Assembly (NCBI RefSeq): GCF_009914755.1
Contig: NC_060946.1
From: the human T2T-CHM13v2.0 reference genome, Homo sapiens
Length of the DNA: 64,000 bases
Strand: one strand, 5' to 3'
Position 1 is the stretch's first letter. The number at the start of each line of letters is the position of its first letter. A program made the translations under genes and the position numbers. This document shows, piece by piece, positions 1 to 15,909 of this stretch. The notes below the pieces were generated by a model. That model worked only from the letters and a program-made list of their open reading frames with translations. It was not told the origin of the DNA and ran no database searches.

Positions 1-603
<603 letters not shown>

Positions 604-790
604 TTAGCCTGGCAGTGTGTCAGGCTGTGTCCCATCTAATTCAGAGGCTGAGACAGGAGCATTGCTTGAGCTCAGGAGTTCGATGCTGCAGTGAGCTTTG
701 ATTGCACCACTGCACTTTAGCCTGAGACAGAGTGAGTCCTTGTCTCAAATAAATAAATACATAAATACATAAAAATTTAAAAAATTAAAA
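604..790 (+). mobile_element. AluJ right arm
   Basis: J-type TTGAGCTCAGGAGTTCGATGCTGCAGTGAGC; AAAT-rich tail. Confidence 0.85.
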
Positions 791-809
791 TTAAAAATAA
801 AAGGAAGCT

Positions 810-1113
810 GGTCAAGCACAGTGACTCAAACCTGTAATCTCAGCACTTTGGGAGTCAGAGGTGGGCGGATCACTTGAGGGCAGGAGTTTGAGACCAGCAT
901 GGCCAACATGGTGAAACCCCATCTCTACTAAAAAAAAATAAAAATAAAATTAAAAAAAATTAGCTAGGCGTGATGGCAGTTGCCTGTAATCCCAGCTATT
1001 CAGGAGGCTGAGGCATGAGAATCACTTGAACCTGGGAGGTGGAGTTTGCAGTGAGCTAGATGGTGCCACTGCACTCCAGCCTGGGCAACAGAGTGAGACT
1101 CTGTCTCAAAAAG
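810..1113 (+). mobile_element. AluS
   Basis: Full dimer; TSD AAAAATAAAAGGAAGCT at 793-809 and 1115-1131. Confidence 0.95.
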
Positions 1114-1441
1114 TAAAAATAAAAGGAAGCTAACAAACAATCGAGGCACATACACACACACACACATATATATATTTTTTCCTTCAATGCAATGAATATT
1201 TTATTGAGCATCTTATGTGGGCAAGGCACTCTATTTGTGAAAAATTCAAAAGATCACCTGCCCTTAGGAATCCTCTGGTCAACTGTACGAGAAGAAGGAA
1301 GGGGGCAAGGTGAGACAAGTAAGCAAATAATTATGGACTTGACTTCTGGGCAGAAGCTATCACAGCTACATTTGTTAATTGCTCAGTTAAGTGACCTTTG
1401 AAATGTTCTATAGCCATGTCTCCATTAAGAATATGAAATAC

Positions 1442-1719
1442 GGCCGGGCGCGGTGGCTCACGCCTGTAATCCCAGCACTTTGGGACCCCGAGGGAGGTGG
1501 ATCATTTGAGGTCAGGAGTTCGAAACCAGCCTGGCCAACATGGTGAAACCCCGTCTCTACTAAAAATACAAAAATTAGCCAGGTGTGGTGGCGCCTGTGG
1601 TCCCAGCTACTCGTGGGGCTGAGGCGGGAGGATCACTTGTACCTGGGAGGGAGATTGCAGTGAATCGAGATCATACCACTGCACTGCAGCCTGGCGACAG
1701 AGTGAGACTCCGTCTCAAA

Positions 1720-1754
<35 letters not shown>

Positions 1755-1760
1755 AATAAA
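1442..1760 (+). mobile_element. Alu (S-like) with (AAAT)9 tail
   Basis: Canonical GGCCGGGCGCGGTGGCTCACGCC start; AAAT repeat 1717-1752. Confidence 0.95.
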
Positions 1761-1854
1761 ACAAATAATTTCACACGTGAATTAAAAATAGATTTAGGTA
1801 CTTTCCCATTTCAGAATGTGTTGATTTACCTCATTATTTTTAAAAGCTGAATAA

Positions 1855-2157
1855 GGCCAGCTGTGGTGGCTCGGGCCTGTAATCCCAGCACTTTAGGCGG
1901 CCGGGCGGATCACTTGAGGTCAGGGGTTCAAGACCAGCCTGGTCAACATGGTGAAACCCCATCTCTACTAAAAATACAAAAATTAGCCAGGCATGGTGGC
2001 ACGCGCCTGTAATCCCAGCTACTCGGGAGGCTGAGGCAGGAGAATTGCTTGAACCCAGGGAGGCGAGTGTTGCAGTGAGCTGAGATCGCGCCACTGCACT
2101 TTAGCCTGGGTGACAGGGCAAGACTCCGTCTCAAAAAAAAAAAAAAAAAAGAAAAAA
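1855..2157 (+). mobile_element. AluS
   Basis: Full dimer; TSD approx AAAA(G/A)CTGAATAA. Confidence 0.95.
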
Positions 2158-2159
2158 CT

Positions 2160-2460
2160 GAATAATTTCCAGTGCATGAGGTGCTATGAGCTTATTTAAC
2201 CGATCCCCTGTTGATGGACATTGAGTTGTTTTTCAGGTTCTTTTTTTTTTTTTTTTTTTTTGCTATGACCGAGTGCCGCAGTTAACATCCCTGTTGACAT
2301 GTCTTTGCACATTTGTTGTAGTAGGCTGGAGGACAGATTTCCAGGATGTGGAACTTTAGGGAGGAAGGGTGTTTAGAACGTTGAAATGACCTGCCCAATT
2401 TCCCAGCAGAGTGGCTATACCTTTCACACTCTTACCACAGCTGTGCGAGAGACAGCCTCT
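2160..2460 (-). mobile_element. Old L1 (L1ME-like) fragment
   Basis: TTATTTAACC..CCCCTGTTGATGGACATT..GTTGTTT..CAG resembles antisense L1M 3' region. Confidence 0.6.
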
Positions 2461-2557
2461 TTGTATATTTCAGAGAGAAGGAACAGTGTTTGGCTGTCTC
2501 TTGTCTTTGGCCATAGGACATGGCCTCTGGCCTGAGGGAAGGTGAGAGTTCTTATAA

Positions 2558-2879
<322 letters not shown>

Positions 2880-2971
2880 TGGCCCTTGGGTTTTAATACA
2901 AACTGCTGGAGACTCTGTCTCGGAAGATATTTGCCCATGTACACACGAGTCTTTCTGGACATACGTGGTCC

Positions 2972-3377
2972 CTGTATTAGTCAAGCTTTTCTGTGATCAT
3001 ACTGTGTAACAAACATCTCCTACATCGCAGTGGCCTTTAACAGCAAACATTTGTTTCATGCTCACGAGTCAGCAGGTAGCTTGGCTGACCTTAGCTAGGC
3101 TTCACCAGCAAGGCTGGCCCTAGGCTTTGGATTGGGTTCAGGTCTGGCTCGTGAATCTTCATCCAGATTCACAGGCTGAAGGGTGGCAGCCAGCCAGGGC
3201 GTGTTCTTCTGTGGTGGACAACAGAAGCCTCCGTTCTGAACTGAGAAGCTGTCACTTCTGCTCTCATGCTATAGGCTGAAGCAAGTCACGTGGCAAGCCT
3301 GACATCAATGAGTTGAAGTCTACTCCTCTCATGGAGGCTGAAGAAACATTTGCTGAGCAATAATAGAACCTGCCACA
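2972..3377 (-). mobile_element. MaLR solo LTR (MLT1K/L-like)
   Basis: TGTATTAGTCAAG start, GCAAGTCACGTGGCAAGCCTGACATCAATG core, ends CTGCCACA. Confidence 0.7.
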
Positions 3378-3504
3378 ATTATGTTTCTGATGGGGTAGGA
3401 CGGGTCCTTGCAGGAGTAGAGGGTCTGCCTGGAGGGCATGGGTAAGAATCATGGCTCATGATTTGTGTGGGACAAGTGGTCGCAGAGCAGAGGCTCTGGG
3501 TAAG

Positions 3505-4290
3505 GAGACCTGGTTTGAGTTTATAACCAGAGACAGGCAGTTCACCAACTGAGTCTCAGTTTCCTTATCTGGAAAATGGGAATAATTTGTCTTCTCTGGC
3601 GAGCTGCTGGGAAGCTCAGAGATATTACTGCATAAGAAGGTGCTTTATACCTGTGAGGCGAGATGGGAAATGAGGGATGATTGTCTTGATGATGATTTTT
3701 GTGCTGGAGCTGGCTTACAATCCCCTGAGCAGTGACACCTGTAGCCAGTAGAGTGAGAGAACGCAGCGACGCCAAGGTGAGACTGGGAGGGATAGGCCTG
3801 GGTTTGAATCCCAGCTGTGCTCGTTGTGGGCCACGTGACTTTTGATCAGCCTCATCACATCCCTCAGCCTCAGTTTGCCTGTCTGTAAAAGGGTCACAGT
3901 GTGCTTGTGCCCATTAACGAGGACTGTGAAATGCTTGGCATGAGGTAGATGATAACCAGATGGTGGCTGTGAGGATTGGCATGGAGCTGAGGGGGTCCTG
4001 ATAGGGGCAGAATGAGGAATTCCGCCACCCATTCCCTTGGGAATATTGCAGGGAACCTGGAGCCGGACTGCTTGGATTCAAATCCCAGCTCCACCGCTTA
4101 CCAGCTGTGTGGCCTTATGCAAGGCAGTTAACCACTCTGGGCCTCAGTTTTCTCATCTGTAAGCTGGGAGTAATAAGAGAGCTGGCCTCATGAGGTTGAC
4201 AAGCATTAAATGTGTTAACACATATGGCACTTGCTAATGAATTTACATGAGCCTTAGCTAGTATCGTTAGGATTACTAGTATTATTATTA
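3505..4290 (+). mobile_element. Three head-to-tail MIR elements (approx 3505-3700, 3790-3950, 4055-4290)
   Basis: Three copies of the MIR core CTCAGTTT..CATCTG(T)AAAATGGG, two with GGTTTGAATCCCAGCT-like 5' parts. Confidence 0.8.
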
Positions 4291-4671
4291 GTCTACGGAG
4301 GCCCAGAGAGGTTGCTTCCCTTCCTGGGAGCCACCAGGGCCTTGGGGAAAAGAATGATGAGAAGCAGATGCTTTTTGGGGCCCTGCATCTGAGCCGGTGC
4401 GCTTTCCCCCTTCTGCTGTAGCTGATACGGGTCAGTCCAGAGCAGGCCTTTGAGGATGGCCAAAGTGCCTTTACCAGCCACACAGCCCTCCTGAGTCCTG
4501 AAGCAGCCCTGACCCAGCCAGAAAAGAGTCACGGGGAGCTCTGATCTAAGAAGTATTCACATGGCGCCACTATGAATGCACTCAGCAGGCTTCTGGGAGC
4601 CCAGGTTTATGAGTATCCGCAGGGGTCACTGAGCTAGCTGCACGGTTAGAGGCCACTCACTCTCTCCTTCA

Positions 4672-4973
<302 letters not shown>

Positions 4974-5243
4974 GTATCCTGTATTGATCTCATGCCAAGT
5001 CTGGGGAGAATGAGAATCTGCTGGGTGTCACGGGTGGGTTTCCAAAGTAAGCTGGGTGGGGAGGGAGCATCTGGGGTTGCTTCCTGTGTGACCCTGGGCA
5101 GCTGGCTCCACTTCTCTTAGCATTTCCTGTCTGCACATTGTTCAGATGGGCCACTGTGTCATTGGTGGTGAGAAACGGCAGCCCTTGACCTGTGCGCTGG
5201 CTTCTGCCTAGACTCTTTGCCTTTAGAAGTTTTGCAGGAGATA

Positions 5244-5607
<364 letters not shown>

Positions 5608-5631
5608 TTATCTGTAGTAAAACAAAAATAG

Positions 5632-5945
5632 GGCTGGACACGGTGGCTCACATCTGTAATCCCAGCACTTTGGGAGGCCAAGGCAGGCGGATCACTTGAG
5701 GTCAGGATTTTGAGACCAGCCTGGCCAACGTGGCAAAACCCTATCTCTACTAAAAATAGAAAAATTAGCTAGGCATGGTGGTGCATGCCTATAGTCCTAG
5801 CTACTTGGGAGGCTGAGGCAGGAGAATTGCTTGAACCTGGGAGGCAGAGGTTGCAGTGAGCCAAGATTGTGCTATTGTACTACAGCCTGGGAGACAGAGG
5901 GAGACTCTGTCTCAACAAAAAAACAAAAAACAAACCCCACAAAAA
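5632..5945 (+). mobile_element. AluS
   Basis: Full dimer; TSD AAAACAAAAATA. Confidence 0.95.
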
Positions 5946-6007
5946 ACAAAAATAACAAGTGAGTATTAACTCTGTCCTAGGCTCTGTGCTCATCATTTTC
6001 CTATGTA

Positions 6008-6305
6008 CTTTTTTTTTTATTTGTTATTTTTGGTATTGTTCTGTCACCCAGGCTGGGGTCCAGTGGCGCTATCACAGCTCACTGCAACTTCCATTTCCCA
6101 GGCTCAAGTGATTCTCTCTCCTCAGCCTTCTGAGTAGCTGGGACCAAAGGAATGCGCCACCATGTCCAGCTAATTAAAAAATTTTTTTGTAGAGACAGGA
6201 TCTTGGTATGTTGCCCTGGCTAGTCTTGAACTCCTAGTCTCAAGTGATTCTTCCGCCTCAGCCTCCCAAAGTGCTGGGATTAAAGGTCTGAGCCACCATG
6301 CCCTA
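6008..6305 (-). mobile_element. AluJ
   Basis: Diverged antisense dimer. Confidence 0.9.
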
Positions 6306-6334
6306 CCCCTATACATTGTTGTATTTGATTCTTG

Positions 6335-7660
<1,326 letters not shown>

Positions 7661-8255
7661 GACTAGAGCTTTGTTATTAATACACGAGAATCTCATTCCA
7701 GTGTAATACCCCTGCCTGTTGGAGAAACAGCTGTATTTTCACAGGCCCCAGGTCAGGGCTGAGGCTCCCAGCTGACTTTGTGTTGATAGTTCTTTCCTTT
7801 TTGTTTTGCTTCCTCAGGGAGGAAAGCCTCTTCTGGGGAGTCCTGTTTACCGATGGCTTAGCGAGCACTGCCGAGGGAAGGAAATTTTGGGTCTGTAGGG
7901 CCTCCCTGCAGAAGGGGAGCCCAGCGGGTGCATTGGGTGCACCGAGGTCACTGTACACTCACACCACCTGGCCTGTCTGGACTTGAAGCCTGGGTTTTGG
8001 CAGGCACTGCCCGCTCAGCCTTGCCCAGTGCCCTGGGCAGGGCTGGGGAGTGGCTTGGTTAGGGAACTCCCAGTGCCCTTTGGCCTGGGAAGCTGCCCAA
8101 GTTTGTCTTTCCCTTTCATTTTAGGCCCCAGCACTGGAAAGTGCTTGTCTTTGTTTCTAGAATGCTTGCTCACCTGCATACCTGGGACTGTGCTTATCAA
8201 GTGAAGAGGTTCTAGGCAATGAGAGAGAATATAGAATGTATTAAAATGAGTCCTG

Positions 8256-8597
<342 letters not shown>

Positions 8598-8769
8598 TTA
8601 GTCCAGCTTCTGTGCTGTGTGTTCTTGAGTATACCCCCTCCCCTCTCTGGACCTTTTTTTTACAGGAGGACAAGGAACTGGATAGGTAGATTCTAGAGCC
8701 TCTTATTTCTGCCATACATTCTGGGAAGAATTAAAACCAGCCTTTTAAAAGACAGGGCCTAGAAAAATC

Positions 8770-8985
8770 ACAATTTGCTGACAGGGCCTACTGTGTGCCA
8801 AGTCCCTTGTTAGGGAGGTACTGTTAGGTGCCTTCTTGTCAAATCCTCGGAATGACTCAGGCAGTTGGTATTACCAACCCCCTTTACAGTTGAGGAAACG
8901 GAGGCTCAGAAAGATAAAGCCCTCCTCAATGTCATAAGCTTGGGGTAAGAGGCTGCAGAGCCTGTATTTGAACTCAGGTCTTCCT
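8770..8985 (-). mobile_element. MIR
   Basis: TTTACAGTTGAGGAAACGGAGGCTCAGA..TTTGAACTCAGGTC. Confidence 0.7.
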
Positions 8986-9295
8986 CCTGCAAAGCTCTGA
9001 CTCCATCAGAAATACCTTCTCTCCCATCGGAAGTTCCAGTGCTGTGTGTCCTTTCTTCTCTTGGGATAGTTGATCATTTTCATCTTTGTTATTTGTTGAG
9101 CATCTACTGTTTACCAAGGCCTGCACTGGGCCTTGGGCCTCAGAGCTGCCTGGGGCCTGGCCTCCGCCCTCAAGGAGGACAGAGAAGAGGAGGCAGAGAG
9201 CAGCAGGCCTAGGGCTCTGATCCCAGCCTCGGCCCCATTGTCCCCCAGCCTTGAAGCAAAACCGTTTCCCTTGACACACTTAAGACTTGGATGAG

Positions 9296-9730
<435 letters not shown>

Positions 9731-10454
9731 TTAATCACAGCCCCTCTGCCTTCCTGTCCTTTAATTCATTAAAAGGTAGGGAAGGGGGGCGGCGGGGCAG
9801 GGGAGAAGGCAGCAAAAAGCATGGAGGAATTTTTGGAATGCCCAGAATGCTGGCTGACCTAGCAGAGCAGGTGTGAGCCATCTTCCCTGGCTTTGGTTGG
9901 AGTCTGTTGGGCATGCCTGGAGGCTCTCTGGGTGCCATCCAGTTCTTGTCCCTGAGGCCTGAGTCACCCCGGGAAGGTGGCTGTGCTGTGAATCCAGCTG
10001 CAGCCTATAGTAGAAGACGCCACCTGGGTCCGGAGCCATGCAGCCCGCAGTCATGTCCTGGCTCTGTTTTCTCCCCAGCCATGGGAATGGTTTCCTGTAT
10101 CCACCCCAGCATCCACACCCATGGAATGGGGGTGCTGATCTCTGTCTTTCAGCCTGGCTGGGAGCTCTTAGCAGGGTCACACGGTGGACACTGGGACAAA
10201 TGGAGTGTCCGTGCGATTCTATCTGGGTGGGTGGTGATGTTAAGTAAAGCCCCCACTGTGTGCATGGAGCTGTCTGGAGTACTGAGACATTCCCAGACTT
10301 TTATTGATTACATAATCTTATCCTTTGGGGGACCCGCCTGCTTACTTGGCTTCCCCTCCACACCATGCATGTGTTGGGCATGAGATGACTCTCTTTTTAT
10401 TTTCCAAATTGATAATTTTTATGCTCTTTTTGTCCTTATTATGCAGCAATACAT

Positions 10455-10785
10455 TTTTATTGTTTTATTGTTTTGTTTTGTGTTGTGTTGTTTTGTTTTG
10501 TTGAGACAGGGCCTTGCCCTGTCACCCAGGTAGGAGTGCAGTGGTGCAGTCATGGCTCACTGCAGCCTTGACCTCCCAGGCTCAGGCGATTCTCCCACGT
10601 CAACCTCCTGAGTAGCTGGGACTACAGGTGTGTGCCACCATGCCGGCTAATTTTTAAAATTTTTTTGCAGAGACAGAATCTCCCATTGTTGCCTAGGTTG
10701 GTCTTGAACTCCTGGACTCAAGTGATCTGCCCACCTCAGCCTCCCAAAGTGCTGGCACTACAGGTGTGAGCCACCGTGCCCGGCC
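10455..10785 (-). mobile_element. AluJ
   Basis: Antisense dimer with degenerate (TTTTG)n tail. Confidence 0.93.
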
Positions 10786-10814
10786 TCGTTTTTGTTGTTG
10801 AACATTTCAAAATG

Positions 10815-11158
10815 TAGTTGTCCCTTGGTATACTCAGGGGATTGGTTCCAGATCTCCCTCAGATACCGAAATCTGAGCAAGCTCAAGTCCTGTATATAAA
10901 ATGGTGTAGTATTTGCATATAACCTACGCATATCTTCTCAAATACTTTAAATCATCTCTAGATTACTTATGATACCTAATCCAATGTAAGTGTTAGGTAA
11001 GGAGATGTTACACTGTATTGTTTATGGAATAATGACAAAAAAAAACCTCTGTACATGTTCATTACAGACACAACCATCCATTTTTTAAAAACAATATTTT
11101 TCATCCGAGCTTGGTTGAATCCTTGGATGTGAAACCGACAGATACTGAGGGCTGCCTG
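10815..11158 (+). mobile_element. MER2 (TcMar-Tigger non-autonomous DNA transposon)
   Basis: GGGGATTGGTTCCAG, ATATAAAATGGTGTAGTATTTGCATATAACCTACGCA, TIR-like ends, TA at 11159-11160. Confidence 0.88.
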
Positions 11159-11299
11159 TACAGATAAATAAAAAGGAGATAAAATCCATAATCCCACATT
11201 CTAAAGATAACTGGTGCTAATATTCTGGGCTGTGATTTAGACTTTTCATCACACTCTGCATACATACATATTGATTGAGATTTCAGCTCCGTGTCTTGG

Positions 11300-11510
11300 G
11301 GCACATGTAGAATGTGGGCTTTATACTGAGGCGGCTTATATTCCACCCTGGCTCTGTAACCGCTTGGCTTTGTGACCGTAGGGAGATCACTACCCAGTAT
11401 GAACTTCAGCTTCTGCTCTGTAAAACTGGGTTGCTATGAGGATTAAATGAGTGAAGGTCTGTGCACTGTTTAGAGAGGGGCCCCTTCTATGGATGCTGTA
11501 ATTGATAAGT
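11300..11510 (+). mobile_element. MIR
   Basis: TGTGACC..CTGTAAAACTGGG..GAGGATTAAATGAG. Confidence 0.65.
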
Positions 11511-12019
11511 AGTGGATTTAGACAACAGGCTTCAGAGAAGACCCCCTCCGCCAGGCACAGCCGAGGTGGGAACTGCTCAGAACGGGGCTTGGGCCAGGGA
11601 GTTTGACTCACACAAAGCACTCTGGGCAAACTCTCAAACCAGTCCTGATCTTTATCACTCCGGGATGCTTCCTGTCCCTGCTGAGGCCTGGGCATTGTCC
11701 AAGTTAAAGCCACCGGACAGTCCCAGCAGGCTGGGAGGTGGCCCCTGTAAAATGAGCTCACCAAGAACCCTTCCACCTCCCCCGCTGACTTCAGCAGTGG
11801 CTTCTGGAGGACAGGCTCGAGACACCAGGGGAGAAGGACAAGGTCGGCCCACTACCTCCAAGAAGGTCTGAAAGCCATGATGTCACCTGGACACTGCAGG
11901 ATCCCAGAAGGCCAGAGAGAGGAAAGGGCTGGGGGAGCCATAGGGCAGGGCAGGTCATGGAGCCTGGTTTTCAGAGGGGAGTTTGGGGTTGGAGACATCT
12001 GTAGGGAAGTGAAGCTGTG

Positions 12020-12200
12020 CTGTACTAGTTCTGTGACCTTGAACCAATACATTATACAACCTGGGCCATCCTTGGTTTCCGTCTCTATAAAATGAGGCTA
12101 ATGGTAGGGCTTACCTAATAGGGTAGATGTGCCTTTATCATGTAAAGGCTCCTAGCACAGCCAGGCACATCGTCAGTGCCTCTTCCTCCTTCTCATCATC
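12020..12200 (+). mobile_element. MIR
   Basis: TGTGACCTTG..TATAAAATGAGG..CCTAGCACAG. Confidence 0.65.
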
Positions 12201-12214
12201 ATCATCATCTAGTA

Positions 12215-12425
12215 CAGGGGTCCAATCTTTCGGCTTCCCTGGGCCACACTGGAAGAAGAAAAATTGTCTTGGGCCACACATAAAGTACACTAACACTATC
12301 AATAGTTGATGAGCTAAAAAAAAAAACAAAACAAAACTCATAACATTTTAAGAAAGTTTATGAATTTGTGTTGGGCTCATTTAAAGCTGTCCTGCAGCCC
12401 GAGGGCCATGGTTTAGACAAGCTTG
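12215..12425 (+). mobile_element. MER30 (hAT-Charlie)
   Basis: CAGGGGTCCAATCTTT..GGGCCACA..GACAAGCTTG; perfect 8-bp TSD ATCTAGTA at 12207-12214 and 12426-12433. Confidence 0.92.
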
Positions 12426-12536
12426 ATCTAGTATATTTATAACAGCACCAACAATGCAGACTGAGCCAGACCCTGTGCTAAGCACTTGCTATGCACTATC
12501 TCACTCAATCATCGTAATCAACTGTAGCTGCTGTAA

Positions 12537-12840
<304 letters not shown>

Positions 12841-13964
12841 AGCTGCTGTCATTGATACTACTATCTAGCTGTCTGATTCCACATGGGAAGTGATCAATGA
12901 AGGACAGCCATAGTGGTTATTCCTATTTTTGCTGGTACTACCCAGAGCTGTCCATGTGAGACATAGCTCCCTTGCCAACCGAATATCCACAAATTTGGGC
13001 ATCTACCCCTTGTGTAGAAGTGAGTCTTCTCCTGGGGCTGTTCTTGAGAAAAGCTCCTTGTTTTTCTTGTTCATGACACCTCAATGCCATGCCAGGTTGC
13101 CTTTAGTTTATGATGCTCTGAGCCCTGTTTCTCTGTTTTAGTTTCCCTGAAGGATGGCTGCTAAATCTTGGGGTTATCCCCTGGGGTCCCCCAGTGTGAA
13201 TGTTGTACCCACAACATGGTACATTCCCAGTGTCTCTCAAATTTGGGGGTGATCCATCTGGCTGCTGTGGGATGTGGTACTGAATTTGCACCCAGAAATT
13301 GGTATTTTTTTGGGGGGGTCGTGGATCATGAAGGAAAGAGTTTGGCTTGTAGGTAGAGGGTTGGGGGGTTACCTGGGCTTCCCCTGGGCTGTGGCCTGAG
13401 TGCTTCCTCAAACAGGCTGGAATTCTTAACGTGCCACAGTTTCCAGAGAGGTTTCTTTAGCAGTGCTTCCAAAGGGAGCATGAACTTGGGGGTTTCATGT
13501 TCCAGGGTGTGTCTAGTGGGAGGGGACTGAGGGAGGGTAGGTGCCTGGAACAGGCTAGGGTCCCAGCTGGTGACTCAGTTTCCCTTCTACCTGGTCAGGG
13601 CTTTGAAGTCCAAGATCATGCTAGAGAGAGATGGGAATCTTTAAACATAACTTTCTGTGGTGTTTATTCCTAAAACCATATAGGATCATTGCAGAACATG
13701 AAGGAAAAATGGGTAGGTAGGCAGGCAGACCAACATTATGCAAAATGTTATCACCCAGACAGATATATTACAGTGGTTAACAACAACTAAAATATTGATC
13801 ATAAACATGGTTAATGGTTATTGAGCACTTGCTACATGTTTTATATGGTTTACCTTATTTCACTGCTCAGAAAACAGTGCTCATGAGAGATCTGCATTCA
13901 GGACCCTGTGCTCATAAGCATATGGTCAGAACTACCCATTCAGTCTTCTGTCTACCGTATAGCT

Positions 13965-14293
13965 GCTTTCCATCCATTCTTCCATCCATTCCTCCATTTT
14001 GTATTCATCCATCCACCTACCCATTCATCCACTCATGCATGCACGCATGCATGCATCCATCCATCCATCCATATATGCATCCATCCATATATGCATCCAT
14101 GCATCCATGTGTGTATTCATCTATCATTTCATTCATCTTTCCTTCCATCCACATACCTGTACTTTCTTCCTTCTTTCCATCTACTACCTTCCATTCCATC
14201 CACTTATTCTTTATTTCTTTCTTTCCCTCCCTCCTTCCCTCCCTCCCTTCCTTCCTTCCTTCCAGCTCTTTCTTTCATCCATCCATCCATCTC
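13965..14293. repeat. Degenerate (CCAT)n/(CATG)n/(TTCC)n simple repeat
   Basis: Visible tetranucleotide runs abutting an L2 3' end. Confidence 0.9.
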
Positions 14294-14880
14294 ATCTAAC
14301 AATATTTGTTAAGTACCTACTCTGTGCCAGGCACTGTTCTGGGCACCAAGGATGCAGCAGGGTTCAGTGCCTTCGTAGTCCTGACATTCTAGTGGGGAGA
14401 AGCAGGCACAAAAGTCCGTTCATAAACCAGAACTTCAGATAATGATTAAGAGCGATGGTGAAAATAAAAGAAGGTAATGTGGAAGACGGTGTCTGCTTTC
14501 GATGGGGTGGCTAGGGGAGGGCTCTGGGAGGAAGTGACCTATGTGCTGAGACCTGAAGGAGACAAAGGGGCCATCTGAAGAGCCCACGGGGAGAGTGTTG
14601 TAGGTAGCAGGACCGGCAAGTGCAAAGGCCCCCAGGCAGGAGCAAGCTGGGCATTGTGCTGGAAGACCTGAAGGCACAGGGAGCAAGGGGGAGAGGTTCA
14701 GGGGGCCAGGCTAGTGCAGGGCAATGTGGGGTTCATTTTAACTGCAGTTGCCCTTCATGGCAGGACTCGGTTTGGGCTTTTAAAAAACCCTGACTGCTGA
14801 AAAGGGAATGGACTTGTGCTCAGGGGCAGAAGTGGAGGCCCGGAGGCCAGTGAGGAAGCTACATCTGTGCAGGTGGGGAG
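14294..14880 (-). mobile_element. L2 fragment
   Basis: AATATTTGTTAAGTACCTACTCTGTGCCAGGCACTGTTCT and GGAAGTGACC..TGCTGAGACCTGAAGGA. Confidence 0.8.
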
Positions 14881-14972
14881 GGTGGTGGCACACAGGAAAG
14901 GACAGTCCTCCCCATGACCCGCCCATTCCCTGCTCTCGCTCCTCTCAGTACAGACCCCAAACTGCATATGAT

Positions 14973-14974
<2 letters not shown>

Positions 14975-15003
<29 letters not shown>

Positions 15004-15281
15004 GAGACGGAGTCTCGCTGTGTTGCCCAGGCTGGAGTGCAATGGCGTGATCTCGGCTCACTGCAACCTCCACCTCCCGGTTCAAGCAATTCTGCCTCAG
15101 CCTCCCAAGTAGCTGGGATACAGGCATGTGCCACCATGCCCGGCTAATTTTTTTGTATTTTTAATAGAGACAGGATTGTCTCTACTAGGCCAAGCTGGTC
15201 TCTAAGTCCTGACCTCAAGTGACCTGCCTGCCTCGGCCTCCCAAAGTGCTAGGATTACAGGCATGAGCCACCATGCCTGGT
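14975..15281 (-). mobile_element. AluS
   Basis: Antisense dimer with long poly(T). Confidence 0.95.
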
Positions 15282-15299
15282 TATTGCATATAATTATTT

Positions 15300-15445
15300 A
15301 TATATTTGTTTATCTAATAATATCTGTCTCTACTATGGAAATATGAAGCTCCAGGAGGGCAGGGACTTTGCTCCCTGCCATGTCCCAAGTACAGTTTCTG
15401 GCACATAGTAGGGACACTTAATAAATATTTGTCAAATGAATGACT
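15300..15445 (+). mobile_element. L2 3' end
   Basis: AAGCTCCAGGAGGGCAGGGACTTTG..TGGCACATAGTAGG..AATAAATATTTGTCAAATGAATGA. Confidence 0.8.
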
Positions 15446-15909
15446 AATAAGGTCCTCCCAAAAATCTGGGTGAAAATAATAATGATGCTGAATAATAGTG
15501 ATGACTGTATATTAATAATAATAGTAGCAAGCCGGTGCTGAATGTGCCGTGTAGACCCGGGCCTGGCTCTGCCCACCCTCTGCCCAGCTGCACCTCCTTT
15601 GGTGGTTTGCACAACGGGACTTTCACCAGCTCTGGGAGGCCCTGTCACCTGGCAGGCCCTCAGCAAATGATTGGCTGATTTGCAGGCTCTGCTCCCTTTC
15701 AGGAAAGGATTTATCAGCCGGACTTGGGTCTGGGTGGGGCAGGTTTGGGTGAGGCCTCTCAGCTGCGTGGGAGATAGAACTTCTGGGTAAGCTGAGGACT
15801 GAAGTTCAGGTTTCCAGCCTGACTTTTCCCAGCCTTGTGACATTGGGCAGGTCTCACCCCCTCCATGAGCTTTAGTGTGTGATGTGATGATGGTGACAGG
15901 TACCAATGC

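Noticed and set aside
9907-10383. 158-aa ORF
   Set aside because: TTG start, no recognisable homology or exon boundaries
13814-14442. His/Pro/Ser/Ile-rich ORFs
   Set aside because: Simple-repeat translations
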